Assembly: GCA_020429395.1 (NCBI GenBank)
Contig: JAGQLL010000025.1
Coordinates: forward strand, 810-45,929
Length of the DNA stretch: 45,120 bases
Reading direction: 5' to 3'
Source of the DNA: Candidatus Dojkabacteria bacterium
GTDB lineage: Bacteria; Patescibacteriota; Dojkabacteria; B142; OLB20
The translations under genes and the position numbers were made by a program. The notes under the pieces were generated by a model. The model saw nothing but the letters and a program-made list of their open reading frames with translations, did not search any database and was not told the DNA's origin. Of this stretch, positions 1-9,508 are shown piece by piece. The stretch's first letter is position 1; every line of letters begins with the position of its first letter.

Positions 1-291
1 AAAACTAGATTGGTATTGGATTTGGTCAGAGGTAAGGATCCTTTAAAAGCATTAGATATTTTGAAATTTACGAACAAAGCAGTCGCAGAGGATGTCTCGA
101 AAGTTGTAAATTCTGCAATACATAATGCAGTTCATAACAATAGCTGGGATAAAAAGAAACTTGTAATTAGCGAAGCATTTGTAAATGAAGCGCCAACTTT
201 CAAAAGAGGGATGGCAGTAGCAAGGGGAAGATATCATCAAATCTTAAAAAGAAACTGTCATATCACTATTGGAGTTCAACAAATAAATTAA
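1..291 (+). CDS. rplV: 50S ribosomal protein L22, 5'-truncated by window edge
   Basis: Frame 1 is open from nt 1. The C-terminal sequence ...FVNEAPTFKRGMAVARGRYHQILKRNCHITI is typical of L22, and the gene sits immediately upstream of rpsC as in the S10 operon. Confidence 0.85.
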   Translation, partial: KTRLVLDLVRGKDPLKALDILKFTNKAVAEDVSKVVNSAIHNAVHNNSWDKKKLVISEAFVNEAPTFKRGMAVARGRYHQILKRNCHITIGVQQIN

Positions 292-302
292 TTAAATAAA
301 AA

Positions 303-956
303 ATGGGTAATAAAATAAACGCAACAGGTTTTAGAATTGGAGTCAACAAAGGCTGGGGATCTTTCTGGTATGCACCGAAAGAACAGTTTGCTGATTTATT
401 ACATGACGATCTTAAAATTAAAAAATTCATCCGAAATAAAATTGAAGCATCTGGAGTGAATTTGGTAAAAATCAAAAGATCTATGAACAAAGTAATAATC
501 GAAGTGAGAGTAGCTAGACCTGGTGTTGTTATTGGTAGAGGTGGAGCAGGAATAGAAGAATTAAAAAAAGAACTAAATAGAATGATCAAAGGAGAAGTTG
601 AATTAAAAGTTTTTGAAATCAAGAATCCTGAAATTCAGGCAAGATTGATTGCAGAAAACATTAAGAATCAACTTGTAAGGAGAATAGTACCTAAATTCGC
701 AGCTAGTCGAGAAATCGAAAATGCTAAAAAATCACCAGATGTTAAAGGTATTAAAATCTGGGTTGGTGGTCGAATTAAAGGTGCAGAAATTGCTAGGGTA
801 GAAAAATTCCAATGGGGATCAGTACCTATGCAAACACTTAGAGCAAAAATTGATTACGCATTTGTGGATGCACAAGTACCAAATGCAGGTAAACATGGAA
901 TTAAAGTATGGGTTTATACTGGAGAGAAATTAGATTTAGATGATAGCGATTTTTAA
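303..956 (+). CDS. rpsC: 30S ribosomal protein S3
   Basis: N-terminus [13 protein letters not shown] and KH-domain [11 protein letters not shown] match S3. Position between L22 and L16. Confidence 0.95.
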   Translation: MGNKINATGFRIGVNKGWGSFWYAPKEQFADLLHDDLKIKKFIRNKIEASGVNLVKIKRSMNKVIIEVRVARPGVVIGRGGAGIEELKKELNRMIKGEVELKVFEIKNPEIQARLIAENIKNQLVRRIVPKFAASREIENAKKSPDVKGIKIWVGGRIKGAEIARVEKFQWGSVPMQTLRAKIDYAFVDAQVPNAGKHGIKVWVYTGEKLDLDDSDF

Positions 957-958
957 TA

Positions 959-1369
959 ATGTTACAACCATCAAACACAAAATACAGAAAAGCATTTAGA
1001 GGCAGAATGAAAGGGACAGCCAGTACTGGTAATGAACTTTCAAGTGGTGATTTTGGTTTACAGTCTGTTACCAGAAGTTGGGTGAATAGTAGACAGATTG
1101 AAGCCGCTAGAAAGGCTTTGGTTAGAGAGATGAAGAGAAAAGGAAAACTTTGGATAAGAGTTTTCCCTCACAAACCATACACAAAGAAACCTGCTGAAGT
1201 AAGGATGGGTAAAGGTAAAGGTGGTGTTGAAGGTTATGTAGCAGTAGTAAAACCAGGAAGGGTTATGTTTGAAATTGGTGGAGTTGATGAAGCAATCGCA
1301 GTGGAAGCACTTCGAAAAGCATCTCAAAAATTACCTGTATTAACTAGAATCATATCGAGACAAGGATGA
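959..1369 (+). CDS. rplP: 50S ribosomal protein L16
   Basis: [19 protein letters not shown]... is the canonical L16 N-terminus. Operon position agrees. The TGA stop overlaps the rpmC ATG (ATGA). Confidence 0.95.
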   Translation: MLQPSNTKYRKAFRGRMKGTASTGNELSSGDFGLQSVTRSWVNSRQIEAARKALVREMKRKGKLWIRVFPHKPYTKKPAEVRMGKGKGGVEGYVAVVKPGRVMFEIGGVDEAIAVEALRKASQKLPVLTRIISRQG

Positions 1370-1701
1370 ACAAAACAAAATTAAAAACAATGGAATTAAA
1401 GGAGTTGCAGACAAGACAAGAGAAAGTCTCTAAGGAACTTGCAGATCTTCGATACGATGTAAGAATTGGTCAGGAAAAAGATTATTCACAAATAAACAAA
1501 AAACGAAAAGAAGTAGCAACAATTAAGACATTAGTTAAAGAAATTGAACTAGGACTACATGCACCAGTAAAAAAAGTCGAAACTGAAAAAAAAGAAGTAA
1601 AAAAAGAAACAAAAAAAGAGTCAAAGAAGGAAGAAAAAAAAGTTAAAGAAGAAAAAAAGGAAGTGGAAGTTAAAACTAAAAAGAAAAAAGCTGATAAATA
1701 A
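1366..1701 (+). CDS. rpmC: 50S ribosomal protein L29 with ~45-aa Lys/Glu-rich C-terminal tail
   Basis: [27 protein letters not shown] matches the L29 core. Operon position L16-L29-S17. The tail is [30 protein letters not shown].... Confidence 0.85.
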   Translation: MNKTKLKTMELKELQTRQEKVSKELADLRYDVRIGQEKDYSQINKKRKEVATIKTLVKEIELGLHAPVKKVETEKKEVKKETKKESKKEEKKVKEEKKEVEVKTKKKKADK

Positions 1702-1716
1702 TTACAAATATAAATA

Positions 1717-1992
1717 ATGACTAAGAAAACTACAGAAACAAAAGAAGTAATAGCACAACCTAAGAAATTACAAGGTGTTATTGTGAACGTGATAGATGAC
1801 TCAACAATAAAGGTTAGAGTTGAAATCAAATTCGCTCATCCTTTGTATAAGAAGATTATTAAAAAGCATAAAAATTACCTAGTTCATAAAAAAATTGAAG
1901 GTGAATTTGTAAAAGGAGATATTGTTTGGATACTAGAAGGTAAACCTGTTAGTAAAAACAAGAAATTTTATCTAGTTGAAAAAGTTAAATAA
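1717..1992 (+). CDS. rpsQ: 30S ribosomal protein S17
   Basis: [19 protein letters not shown]...[17 protein letters not shown] is an S17 pattern. Operon position agrees. Confidence 0.9.
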   Translation: MTKKTTETKEVIAQPKKLQGVIVNVIDDSTIKVRVEIKFAHPLYKKIIKKHKNYLVHKKIEGEFVKGDIVWILEGKPVSKNKKFYLVEKVK

Positions 1993-2375
1993 TGGTACAG
2001 AATTTATCGAGATTAACAGTTACAGATAATAGTGGAGCCAAAACAATTATGGTTATTCGTGTTATGGGCAGAGGCAAAGGAAATAGTTTCCAAAGATTTG
2101 CTTCAGTAGGAGAAATGGTGAAGGCATCTGTTAAGAAAGCATTGCCAAATAGCAACTATCAACAAGGTGATGTTGTTGATGCAGTTGTTGTTAGAACTAC
2201 AAAAGAAGTCAAAAGAAAAGATGGATCTTATATTCGATTTGATGATAATGCGGCTGTAATCATAGATAAAGCCAAAAAAGAGCCAAAAGCAACTAGGATT
2301 TTTGGTCCAGTTGCTAGAGAGCTTAGAGAAAAAGGCTACGGAAAAATTGTTAGTTTAGCTCAGGAGGTACTCTAA
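1992..2375 (+). CDS. rplN: 50S ribosomal protein L14
   Basis: [17 protein letters not shown]...[11 protein letters not shown]...[10 protein letters not shown] is canonical L14. TAATG overlap with rpsQ. Confidence 0.95.
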   Translation: MVQNLSRLTVTDNSGAKTIMVIRVMGRGKGNSFQRFASVGEMVKASVKKALPNSNYQQGDVVDAVVVRTTKEVKRKDGSYIRFDDNAAVIIDKAKKEPKATRIFGPVARELREKGYGKIVSLAQEVL

Positions 2376-2689
2376 TGAAAATAAAAAAAGGAGATACAGT
2401 AAAAGTATTATCAGGAAAAGACAGAGGTAAACAAGGAATTGTGAAATTCACATTACCTAAAGTGTCTAAAGTAGTTGTTGAAGGTGTGAATATTGTCAAA
2501 AGACATAAAAAGTCGCAAACTACACAAGAACAGAAAAAAAGAACAATTCAGGAATTTGAAGCACCTATTCCTGCAGCAAAAGTAATGCTTGTAGACTTGA
2601 AGACAGGTAAAACAACCAGAGTTGGTTACAAGATTGAAAAAGGTAAGAAAGTCAGAATATCTAAAAAAACAAATAAAGAAATTTCATAA
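2375..2689 (+). CDS. rplX: 50S ribosomal protein L24
   Basis: [21 protein letters not shown] (KOW motif). Operon position agrees. GGAGG lies 8 nt upstream. Confidence 0.9.
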   Translation: MKIKKGDTVKVLSGKDRGKQGIVKFTLPKVSKVVVEGVNIVKRHKKSQTTQEQKKRTIQEFEAPIPAAKVMLVDLKTGKTTRVGYKIEKGKKVRISKKTNKEIS

Positions 2690-2691
2690 TT

Positions 2692-3246
2692 ATGGCAAAC
2701 GAAAAACCACGACTAAAAATTAAATATGAGAAAGAAGTATTACCTGAGCTTCAGAAGTCACTTGGAATAAAAAACAAAATGGCTGTTCCTAATCTCACCA
2801 AAATTATCATTAATTCTGGGATAGGAGAAGCTAAGACTGATAATACTGCAATAGAAGAAATGGTAAGAGATATCGCTTTGATTTCTGGTCAAAAACCAAT
2901 GATTACGAAAACCAAAAAAGCGATTTCAAACTTTAAAATCAGAAAAGGAATGGATATCGGAGTCAAGGTTACATTAAGAAAAGACATGATGTGGTATTTC
3001 TTGGATAGATTGGTTTCAGTAGCACTTCCTAGAGTGAAAGACTTTAGAGGTATTCCTGTTAACGCTTTCGATGGTCAAGGAAATTATGCACTTGGACTGA
3101 AGGAACATACAATTTTTCCTGAAGTTGATGCAACAAAAGTTAGTAAAATAAGGGGGTTACAGGTTATAATCTGTACCAGTGCTGACAATAATGAACAAGC
3201 GAAGTCTTTACTTTCATTACTCGGCATGCCTTTTCAAAAAGTTTAA
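2692..3246 (+). CDS. rplE: 50S ribosomal protein L5
   Basis: LKIKYEKEVLPELQK...NSGIGEA...DFRGIPVNAFDGQGNYALGLKEHTIFPE is canonical L5. Confidence 0.95.
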   Translation: MANEKPRLKIKYEKEVLPELQKSLGIKNKMAVPNLTKIIINSGIGEAKTDNTAIEEMVRDIALISGQKPMITKTKKAISNFKIRKGMDIGVKVTLRKDMMWYFLDRLVSVALPRVKDFRGIPVNAFDGQGNYALGLKEHTIFPEVDATKVSKIRGLQVIICTSADNNEQAKSLLSLLGMPFQKV

Positions 3247-3261
3247 ATTAAATAAATAAAC

Positions 3262-3456
3262 ATGTCTACAGCAGCTCAAGAAGCAAAAGCAAGAAAATTA
3301 AATAAACATGCGAAATATGAAACTCAAGCATTTTCACGTTGTGAAATATGTGGAAGATCAAGAAGTTATCATAGATACTTTAAATTATGTAGAATTTGTC
3401 TAAGAAGATTAGCTCACAAAGGGGATATCCCTGGGCTAAAAAAATCTTCATGGTAA
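3262..3456 (+). CDS. rpsN: 30S ribosomal protein S14, type Z (zinc-binding)
   Basis: 64 aa with CEICGR...CRIC (C4 zinc knuckle) and a C-terminal GLKKSSW. Lies between L5 and S8. Confidence 0.9.
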   Translation: MSTAAQEAKARKLNKHAKYETQAFSRCEICGRSRSYHRYFKLCRICLRRLAHKGDIPGLKKSSW

Positions 3457-3473
3457 GTTTTTAAATTCAAATT

Positions 3474-3872
3474 ATGGTAAACGATACAATAGCTGATTAT
3501 TTAACAAGAGTTAGAAATGCACAATTGCGCAAACAAGAGTTTGTGACAATACCTTCTACTAAGTTATTAGTTGCAATTAGTGAAATATTAAAAAAATCAA
3601 ACTTGATTGAGGATTTTGAAGTATCAAATGAAGAAAATCTTCCTCAGCAGTCTTTAATTATTAAATTAAAATATTTCGGTTCAGAACCAGCAATGAGAAG
3701 TCTGAAAAGAATCTCGAAGCCAGGTTTGAGGAAATATGTTAATTATAAAGAAATACCTAAAGTCTTAAATGGTAAAGGTATTGCAATTATTTCTACACCG
3801 CAAGGAGTTTTAAGCGGAGATGACGCTAAGAAAACCAAGGTTGGTGGTGAATATTTATGTGAAATCTGGTAA
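3474..3872 (+). CDS. rpsH: 30S ribosomal protein S8
   Basis: MVNDTIADYLTRVRNAQ...GIAIISTPQGVLSGDDAKKTKVGGEYLCEIW is canonical S8. Confidence 0.95.
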   Translation: MVNDTIADYLTRVRNAQLRKQEFVTIPSTKLLVAISEILKKSNLIEDFEVSNEENLPQQSLIIKLKYFGSEPAMRSLKRISKPGLRKYVNYKEIPKVLNGKGIAIISTPQGVLSGDDAKKTKVGGEYLCEIW

Positions 3873-3874
3873 TA

Positions 3875-4441
3875 ATGTCAAAAATCGGTCAAATGCCAAT
3901 AAAATTCGATAGTTCCAAAGTCAAAATCAAAATTGAAGATGGCGGAGATTATCACTATCTTTTAGTAACTGTTGAGGGTCCTTTAGCAACTCAAACATTA
4001 TCAGTTAGAAAAGGTGTGACTATTAAAATTGAAAATGATGAAGTTATTGTCGATAAAAAATCAGATACAGTAACTGGTAAATCTTATCATGGTCTATACA
4101 GATCACTTATTGCCAATATGGTGCAAGGTGTTACAGAAGGTTTTGAAAGAAAATTAGAAATTCATGGAACAGGTTATCGTGGTGAATTAAAATCAAACAG
4201 AAAACTAGAGTTAAAGCTTGGTTTCTCTCATATCGTACATTACGAAGCAAGAGAAGGAGTTGAATTAATTATGGAAGATCAAGAGAAAATCACAGTAAAA
4301 GGAACAGATAAACAATTAGTAGGTCAAACAGCAGCTGAGATTCGTGAACTGCGAAAACCTGAACCCTACAAAGGTAAAGGTATCAGATATGCTGATGAGC
4401 AAGTTAAACGTAAGTCCGGAAAATCTGGAGCTACATCATAA
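3875..4441 (+). CDS. rplF: 50S ribosomal protein L6
   Basis: MSKIGQMPI...GTGYRGEL...LRKPEPYKGKGIRY is an L6 pattern. Operon position agrees. Confidence 0.95.
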   Translation: MSKIGQMPIKFDSSKVKIKIEDGGDYHYLLVTVEGPLATQTLSVRKGVTIKIENDEVIVDKKSDTVTGKSYHGLYRSLIANMVQGVTEGFERKLEIHGTGYRGELKSNRKLELKLGFSHIVHYEAREGVELIMEDQEKITVKGTDKQLVGQTAAEIRELRKPEPYKGKGIRYADEQVKRKSGKSGATS

Positions 4442-4458
4442 AGTATTAAATTGAAACA

Positions 4459-4800
4459 ATGATTACAAAAACAGATAGACGAAATAGAAGAAAATTAAAA
4501 ATCAGAAATAGAGTGATTGGAACTATGGAAAGACCAAGATTGTCTGTTTATAGAACTAACCAACACATCTATGCACAACTAGTTGATGATTCAAATAGTC
4601 AAACATTGATGGCAACTAGCGATGTAAAACTTGAAAAGGGTACAAAGTCTGAAAAAGCAAAATTGGTAGGAGAGAGTTTAGCAAAATTAGCTCAGGCAAA
4701 AAAGATAACGAAAGTCGTGTTTGACAGAAATGGATTTAAATTCCATGGTAGAATCAAAGAACTTGCCCAAGGGGCAAAAGATGGTGGACTTATATTTTAA
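4459..4800 (+). CDS. rplR: 50S ribosomal protein L18
   Basis: RPRLSVYRTNQHIYAQLVDD...VVFDRNGFKFHGRIKELAQGAKDGGL is canonical L18. Confidence 0.9.
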   Translation: MITKTDRRNRRKLKIRNRVIGTMERPRLSVYRTNQHIYAQLVDDSNSQTLMATSDVKLEKGTKSEKAKLVGESLAKLAQAKKITKVVFDRNGFKFHGRIKELAQGAKDGGLIF

Positions 4801-4814
4801 TTAGACAAATATTA

Positions 4815-5393
4815 ATGGCGACAGAAGTGCAAGAAACAAAAAAAGTTGATACAAATGAAGTTAAAAAAGAACATAGCAGAGCTGGTGGCAGAACTACGAC
4901 TTTTGACAGAAATAAATCCAGAAATAATCAACGAAACAATAATAAAAACCAAAGACGACAAAATCCGGATGATGTTGAGAAGAGAATCGTATCAATTAGA
5001 CGAGTATCACATACTTACAAAGGTGGAAAAAGAATGAGTTTGAGTGTTTTAGTCGTTGTTGGCGATAGAAAAGGAAAAGTTGGCGCAGCGGTTGGAAAAG
5101 GAGCAGATGTAAAAAGCGCTGAAACAAAAGCATACAACAAAGCAAAGAAAAATATGGTAACGGTAACTTTACACAATACAACAATTCCACACGAAATATT
5201 ACACAAGAAAGGTGCTGTGAAAATCTTTATGAAACCAGCAGCTCCTGGAACTGGAGTAATTGCAGGTGCATCTATGAGATCTGTTCTCGAACTTGTCGGT
5301 GTAAAAGACATCCTAACTAAAATTATCGGTGCTTCAAACCCTATTACTAATGTTTACGCAACAATTGAAGCATTACAATCAATGAAATCATGA
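4815..5393 (+). CDS. rpsE: 30S ribosomal protein S5 with Arg/Asn-rich N-terminal extension
   Basis: The core IRRVSHTYKGGKRMSLSVLVVVGDRKGKVGAAVGKGADV matches S5. About 55 aa of low-complexity N-extension precedes it. ATGA overlap with rplO. Confidence 0.9.
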   Translation: MATEVQETKKVDTNEVKKEHSRAGGRTTTFDRNKSRNNQRNNNKNQRRQNPDDVEKRIVSIRRVSHTYKGGKRMSLSVLVVVGDRKGKVGAAVGKGADVKSAETKAYNKAKKNMVTVTLHNTTIPHEILHKKGAVKIFMKPAAPGTGVIAGASMRSVLELVGVKDILTKIIGASNPITNVYATIEALQSMKS

Positions 5394-5839
5394 TACATAA
5401 CTATTTACTAAAGACAACTAAAAACAAAAAAAGAATTGGAAGAGGATATGGCTCAGGAAAAGGAGGTCATACCGTTGGTCGTGGATCAAAAGGAGCAAAA
5501 TCTCGAACAGGCTATAAACTTGCTAGAAAAGGATTCGAAGGAGGTCAGATGCCTCTGTCTCGCAGAATCCCTAAATTAAAAGGTTTTTCACGAGCATATT
5601 TCCAACTTAAAAATAAAGTTGAAATTGTAAAAATTGAAAAATTAAACGATTTCAAAGATGGCGATACAATCAATGTCGAAAAATTAAGAGAAGCAGGGTT
5701 GATTAGTGAGAAAGGAAAAAATGTAAAAGTGAAGATTCTGAATAATGGCGAATTAAAAAAGAAAATCACAGTTGAAAATATTGCCGTATCCAAATCTGTA
5801 CAAGCACAAATCGAAAAAGCAGGTGGCAAAGTTCTCTAA
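5390..5839 (+). CDS. rplO: 50S ribosomal protein L15
   Basis: KKRIGRGYGSGKGGHTVGRGSKGAKSRTG matches L15. It follows S5 directly, so no L30 gene lies between them. Confidence 0.9.
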   Translation: MIHNYLLKTTKNKKRIGRGYGSGKGGHTVGRGSKGAKSRTGYKLARKGFEGGQMPLSRRIPKLKGFSRAYFQLKNKVEIVKIEKLNDFKDGDTINVEKLREAGLISEKGKNVKVKILNNGELKKKITVENIAVSKSVQAQIEKAGGKVL

Positions 5840-5860
5840 GTAACGTTTAACATAAACTAA

Positions 5861-7354
5861 ATGAAACTTTCAAAATCACGACTTAAACTCCCCAAATTGA
5901 ACATAAGCAGATTCAAGAATAGAATTGCACCCAAACCTAAATTTTCAAATACAACCGATAAAGATCAGATCTCACTTAGTGAATCGTTAAGATCACCTGA
6001 GATTAGGAAAAAGATTCTGATTACAATAGCTTTGGTTGTTGTATATAGAATTTTGGCAGCTGTACCTCTTCCAGGAATTGATACCCAATTATTTGCAGAA
6101 GCATTTGGAAACAACCCATTGACTAATTTCTTTTCAATAGTAACGGGTGGAAGATTAGATAATCCATCAGTTGTTGCTATTGGATTAGGTGCATATATTA
6201 ATGCTTCTATTGTGTTGCAATTATTAACTTCGATAATTCCAAAGCTCGAAGATCTTTCAAAGGAAGGAGAAAGAGGTCGTGCAATAATCAATCAATACAC
6301 GAGAATACTTGCGGTACCACTTACGGTAGTACAAGCAGTAGTAATCTATTCTGTTTTAAAGAGTGTGACATCTACAGTTCCCCAATTGGCTGGATTATTG
6401 GACAATGTCACGAATTTTGATATCTTTACGATGGTCGTATCTCTAACAGCTGGAAGCATGGTCTTGATGTGGTTGGGAGAATTAATCACAGCTCATGGAA
6501 TAGGTAATGGTATTTCGATAATTATCACTATTAGTATACTTACCGTTGTCCCAAATCTTGTTGCTAGAGACTTTGTGTTTTTAACAAATGATATAGAACT
6601 TCTTAAAAACGGAAATTTCAATGTACTAATCAATGATAATTTCAAATTGATATATTTCTTTATAGCTGGCTTCTACCTGCTAATTATGAGTATAGTTTAT
6701 ATTAACGAAGCTGTTAGAAAAGTTACTATTCAATACGCTAGAAGATTCAGAGCAGCAGGAGTTCAAGCTACTTATCTACCTTTGAAGTTAAACCAAGCTG
6801 GAGTTATGCCAGTAATCTTTGCCTCGGCATTGTTGTCATTTCCCCAAATTGTTGCTCAGTTATTAATAGGTACAGCGGAACCTGAGTCTAGACTCTATAG
6901 TATTGGAACGAAAATCAACGAATCATTTTTAGGCAATAATTCTGCTTTTCTTAATAGTGGGGACTTTATGAGAGATAGTGTTTTGTATTTAGTCACTTTC
7001 TTCTTGATGATTGTGATTTTCTCATTCTTCTATACTTTCGTCACTTATAAACCAGCTGACACAGCTGATAACTTGAAGAAAAGTGGTGGATTTATTCCAG
7101 GATTGAGACCAGGTAAGGTTACACAAAAATATATTACTAATGTGCTTATAAAATTGACGGTAGTAGGAAGTCTCTTCTTGGCTACAATTGCTATTATCCC
7201 TAATTTGGCAAGGCTTACACCGCAAGGAGCGAATTTAGCAATTTTATCTGGAATTGGAGGTACTAGTATTTTGATCGTAGTGGGTGTAGTCTTGGATACT
7301 ATTAGACAGATGAAATCCTTGACAGTCACTAGAAGTTACGAACAATACAAATAA
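5861..7354 (+). CDS. secY: Preprotein translocase subunit SecY with ~45-aa basic N-terminal extension
   Basis: PEIRKKILITIALVVVYRILAAVPLPGID, about 10 hydrophobic segments and operon position after L15. No internal ATG would shorten the N-extension. Confidence 0.9.
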   Translation: MKLSKSRLKLPKLNISRFKNRIAPKPKFSNTTDKDQISLSESLRSPEIRKKILITIALVVVYRILAAVPLPGIDTQLFAEAFGNNPLTNFFSIVTGGRLDNPSVVAIGLGAYINASIVLQLLTSIIPKLEDLSKEGERGRAIINQYTRILAVPLTVVQAVVIYSVLKSVTSTVPQLAGLLDNVTNFDIFTMVVSLTAGSMVLMWLGELITAHGIGNGISIIITISILTVVPNLVARDFVFLTNDIELLKNGNFNVLINDNFKLIYFFIAGFYLLIMSIVYINEAVRKVTIQYARRFRAAGVQATYLPLKLNQAGVMPVIFASALLSFPQIVAQLLIGTAEPESRLYSIGTKINESFLGNNSAFLNSGDFMRDSVLYLVTFFLMIVIFSFFYTFVTYKPADTADNLKKSGGFIPGLRPGKVTQKYITNVLIKLTVVGSLFLATIAIIPNLARLTPQGANLAILSGIGGTSILIVVGVVLDTIRQMKSLTVTRSYEQYK

Positions 7355-8104
7355 GTGGCAATAAATATTAAAACAAAAAAAGAAATCGCCATCATGAAAT
7401 CTGGTGGCAGTATTTTAGCTGAAATATTAAATACACTCGCAGAGTCAGTTAAACCTGGAATTACAACCAAGGAGTTAGACGTTAAAGCGGGAGATCTTTG
7501 TAAAAAATTTGATGTAATACCTGCATTTAATGGTTATCAAGGCTACCAAGCAAATATCTGTACAGGTATTGATGATGTCGCAGTTCACGGAATCCCAAGT
7601 CCCGATGAATTGATAGTTGAGGGCCAGATAGTTAGCATAGATATGGGAATTATCTATCAGGAATTCTATTTAGATTCTGCTACTACTGTTCCAGTTGGGA
7701 AAGTCGATGACAATGCGATTAGACTTCTGGATACTACTAAACTTGCCTTATCTAAAAGTATCGAACTTTCTGTTGAGGGTCATACTGTTGGTGATATAGG
7801 TTATGCGATTCAAACTATAGCAGAACTTGCTGGGTTTAATGTAATAACACAGATGACAGGCCATGGAATTGGTAGGAAGCTTCATGAGGAACCATACATA
7901 CCATGTTTTGGAGAGCAAGGAGCAGGTGCACTATTAAAGGAAGGTATGACAATTGCGATAGAGCCGATGATTAACGAAGGAGTCTCGGAAATTGAAATAC
8001 TTGAAGATGGTTGGACAACACTAACAGTTGATGGAAAAAGATCAGCTATCTTTGAACACACAATCGCAGTAGGCAAAACCAAAGCAAAAATATTAACAAG
8101 ATAG
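7355..8104 (+). CDS. map: Methionine aminopeptidase type I
   Basis: GTG start 1 nt after the secY stop. KTKKEIAIMKSGG...VAVHGIP...DMG...GHGIGRKLHEEP...IEPM...FEHT are MetAP metal-ligand and pita-bread motifs. Confidence 0.9.
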   Translation: MAINIKTKKEIAIMKSGGSILAEILNTLAESVKPGITTKELDVKAGDLCKKFDVIPAFNGYQGYQANICTGIDDVAVHGIPSPDELIVEGQIVSIDMGIIYQEFYLDSATTVPVGKVDDNAIRLLDTTKLALSKSIELSVEGHTVGDIGYAIQTIAELAGFNVITQMTGHGIGRKLHEEPYIPCFGEQGAGALLKEGMTIAIEPMINEGVSEIEILEDGWTTLTVDGKRSAIFEHTIAVGKTKAKILTR

Positions 8105-8105
8105 G

Positions 8106-8134
8106 TTGTCTATAAAAACTCTATCTGCTATAAT
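8106..8134 (+). promoter_or_regulatory. Candidate sigma70-type promoter upstream of infA
   Basis: TTGTCT (8106-8111), a 17-nt spacer, then TATAAT (8129-8134), in the only sizeable gap (152 nt) of the ribosomal cluster. Confidence 0.4.
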
Positions 8135-8256
8135 CCTATATCGCTTATGGCTTTCAGGTTTTGATAAATAATATAGCGATTGAGTAACTGCGAAATTCGC
8201 ATTTACTGTGATGTGGCTTTATTGCCGCAATTTTTTATTTAAAATATTGTTAGTTA

Positions 8257-8487
8257 ATGGTATCTGATAAGGATAAAATTTTTAAAGTTCGAGGGACAAT
8301 TATTGAAACTCTCCCAGGAACAAAATTTAAAATTGAAATTGACCTAAAGGGTGATAAACATGTAGTAATGGGACATATATCAGGTCGAATGCGAATGCAT
8401 TACATTAAATTGCAAAAAGGTGATCAAGTAGAATTAGAAATGACACCTTATGATTTAACAAAAGGAAGAATTACATATAGATTCTAA
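8257..8487 (+). CDS. infA: Translation initiation factor IF-1
   Basis: [18 protein letters not shown]...[40 protein letters not shown] is canonical IF-1 (S1-like OB fold). Confidence 0.95.
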   Translation: MVSDKDKIFKVRGTIIETLPGTKFKIEIDLKGDKHVVMGHISGRMRMHYIKLQKGDQVELEMTPYDLTKGRITYRF

Positions 8488-8618
8488 TGAAAGTAAAAGC
8501 ATCTGTTAAAAAACGCTGTGAACACTGTTACATAGTTAAACGTTCAAAAGCGAACGGTAAAAAAATAGTTTATATATACTGCAAACGTGACCCACGTCAC
8601 AAGCAGAGACAAGGTTAA
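8487..8618 (+). CDS. rpmJ: 50S ribosomal protein L36 (43 aa; below the ORF-track length cutoff)
   Basis: My own translation gives [43 protein letters not shown]. It has the CxxC...C...H zinc motif and the HKQRQG end typical of L36. TAATG overlap with infA, and the gene lies upstream of rpsM. Confidence 0.85.
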   Translation: MKVKASVKKRCEHCYIVKRSKANGKKIVYIYCKRDPRHKQRQG

Positions 8619-8627
8619 TTATTAAAT

Positions 8628-9008
8628 ATGGCAAGAATAGCTGGCATTAATTTGCCTTTAGAGAAAAAAATTGAGTATGCATTACCATATATTTATGGTG
8701 TCGGTCATACAACGTCAAAGAAGATTTTAGTACAAACAAACGTAGATCCAAACAAGAGGGTCAAGGACCTCTCAGACCAGGAAATCAAAAGAATTTCAAA
8801 TGCACTTGCAGAAAAAACACTAGAGGGAGATCTTAGACAAACAGTTTTTAGAAATATTAAAAGACTTAAAGATATTAAGAGTTACAGAGGAATTAGACAC
8901 AAACTTGGACTTCCAGTTAGAGGACAACAAACTCGAACAAATGCAGTAACCCGAAAAGGTAGAAATATTGCAGTAGGAGGATTGAAGAGAAAACTAGAAA
9001 AAACTTAA
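8628..9008 (+). CDS. rpsM: 30S ribosomal protein S13
   Basis: MARIAGINLP...YGVGHTTSKKIL...IKSYRGIRHKLGLPVRGQQTRTNA is canonical S13. Confidence 0.95.
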   Translation: MARIAGINLPLEKKIEYALPYIYGVGHTTSKKILVQTNVDPNKRVKDLSDQEIKRISNALAEKTLEGDLRQTVFRNIKRLKDIKSYRGIRHKLGLPVRGQQTRTNAVTRKGRNIAVGGLKRKLEKT

Positions 9009-9028
9009 ATCTATTTTTATTATAAATT

Positions 9029-9484
9029 TTGTTAAAAGTGGCTAAAGCAGGTAAAAAAGACAAAAAAGAAACAAAGGCAACCGGAGCAAATACTGGAAGC
9101 AAAAAGTTTAAAAACAAAAAGAAAAAGAAACTTAGTGTTCAAAAGGTAAAGGTGTTTATCACATCAAGCTATAACAATACTATGGTGACCATCACGGATT
9201 ACGATGGTAATGTTTTATCTTGGAGTAGTCCAGGAGCAGTAGGTTTCAAAGGTTCGAAGAAAAGCACAGCGTTCGCTGCAACTAAAGCAGCTGAAGATGC
9301 AGTAGCAAAAGCACAGAAATTTGGGGTTACAACAGGTACGGTTGTCGTAAAAGGTACTGGGATGGGTAGACAAGCAGCAGTAAAAGGTTTGAGGACAGGG
9401 GGACTTAGATTGACATCATTATCGGATCACACACCTATTCCTCATGGTGGAACAACACCTAGAAAGAAACCAAGAGGTAGTTAA
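9029..9484 (+). CDS. rpsK: 30S ribosomal protein S11 with Lys-rich N-terminal extension
   Basis: The core ITSSYNNTMVTITDYDGNVLSWSSPG...GMGRQAAVKGL matches S11. The start is ambiguous: TTG at 9029 or GTG at 9038 (MAKAGKK...). Confidence 0.9.
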   Translation: MLKVAKAGKKDKKETKATGANTGSKKFKNKKKKKLSVQKVKVFITSSYNNTMVTITDYDGNVLSWSSPGAVGFKGSKKSTAFAATKAAEDAVAKAQKFGVTTGTVVVKGTGMGRQAAVKGLRTGGLRLTSLSDHTPIPHGGTTPRKKPRGS

Positions 9485-9508
9485 TTCTTTATAAGTAGAT
9501 AATTAATA

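Noticed and set aside
52-7329. Numerous antisense or alternative-frame ORFs inside the ribosomal/secY genes, for example 52-240(-), 266-622(-), 1058-1327(-), 1482-1829(-), 4846-5037(+), 4996-5311(-), 5545-5829(-), 5965-6291(-) and 7022-7329(-).
   Set aside because: Each lies entirely within a confidently identified conserved gene on the other strand or frame. Their translations are low-complexity (Ser/Phe/Leu/Ile-rich mirror images of Lys/Glu-rich genes) and match no family I recognise. AT-rich DNA produces such long spurious frames.
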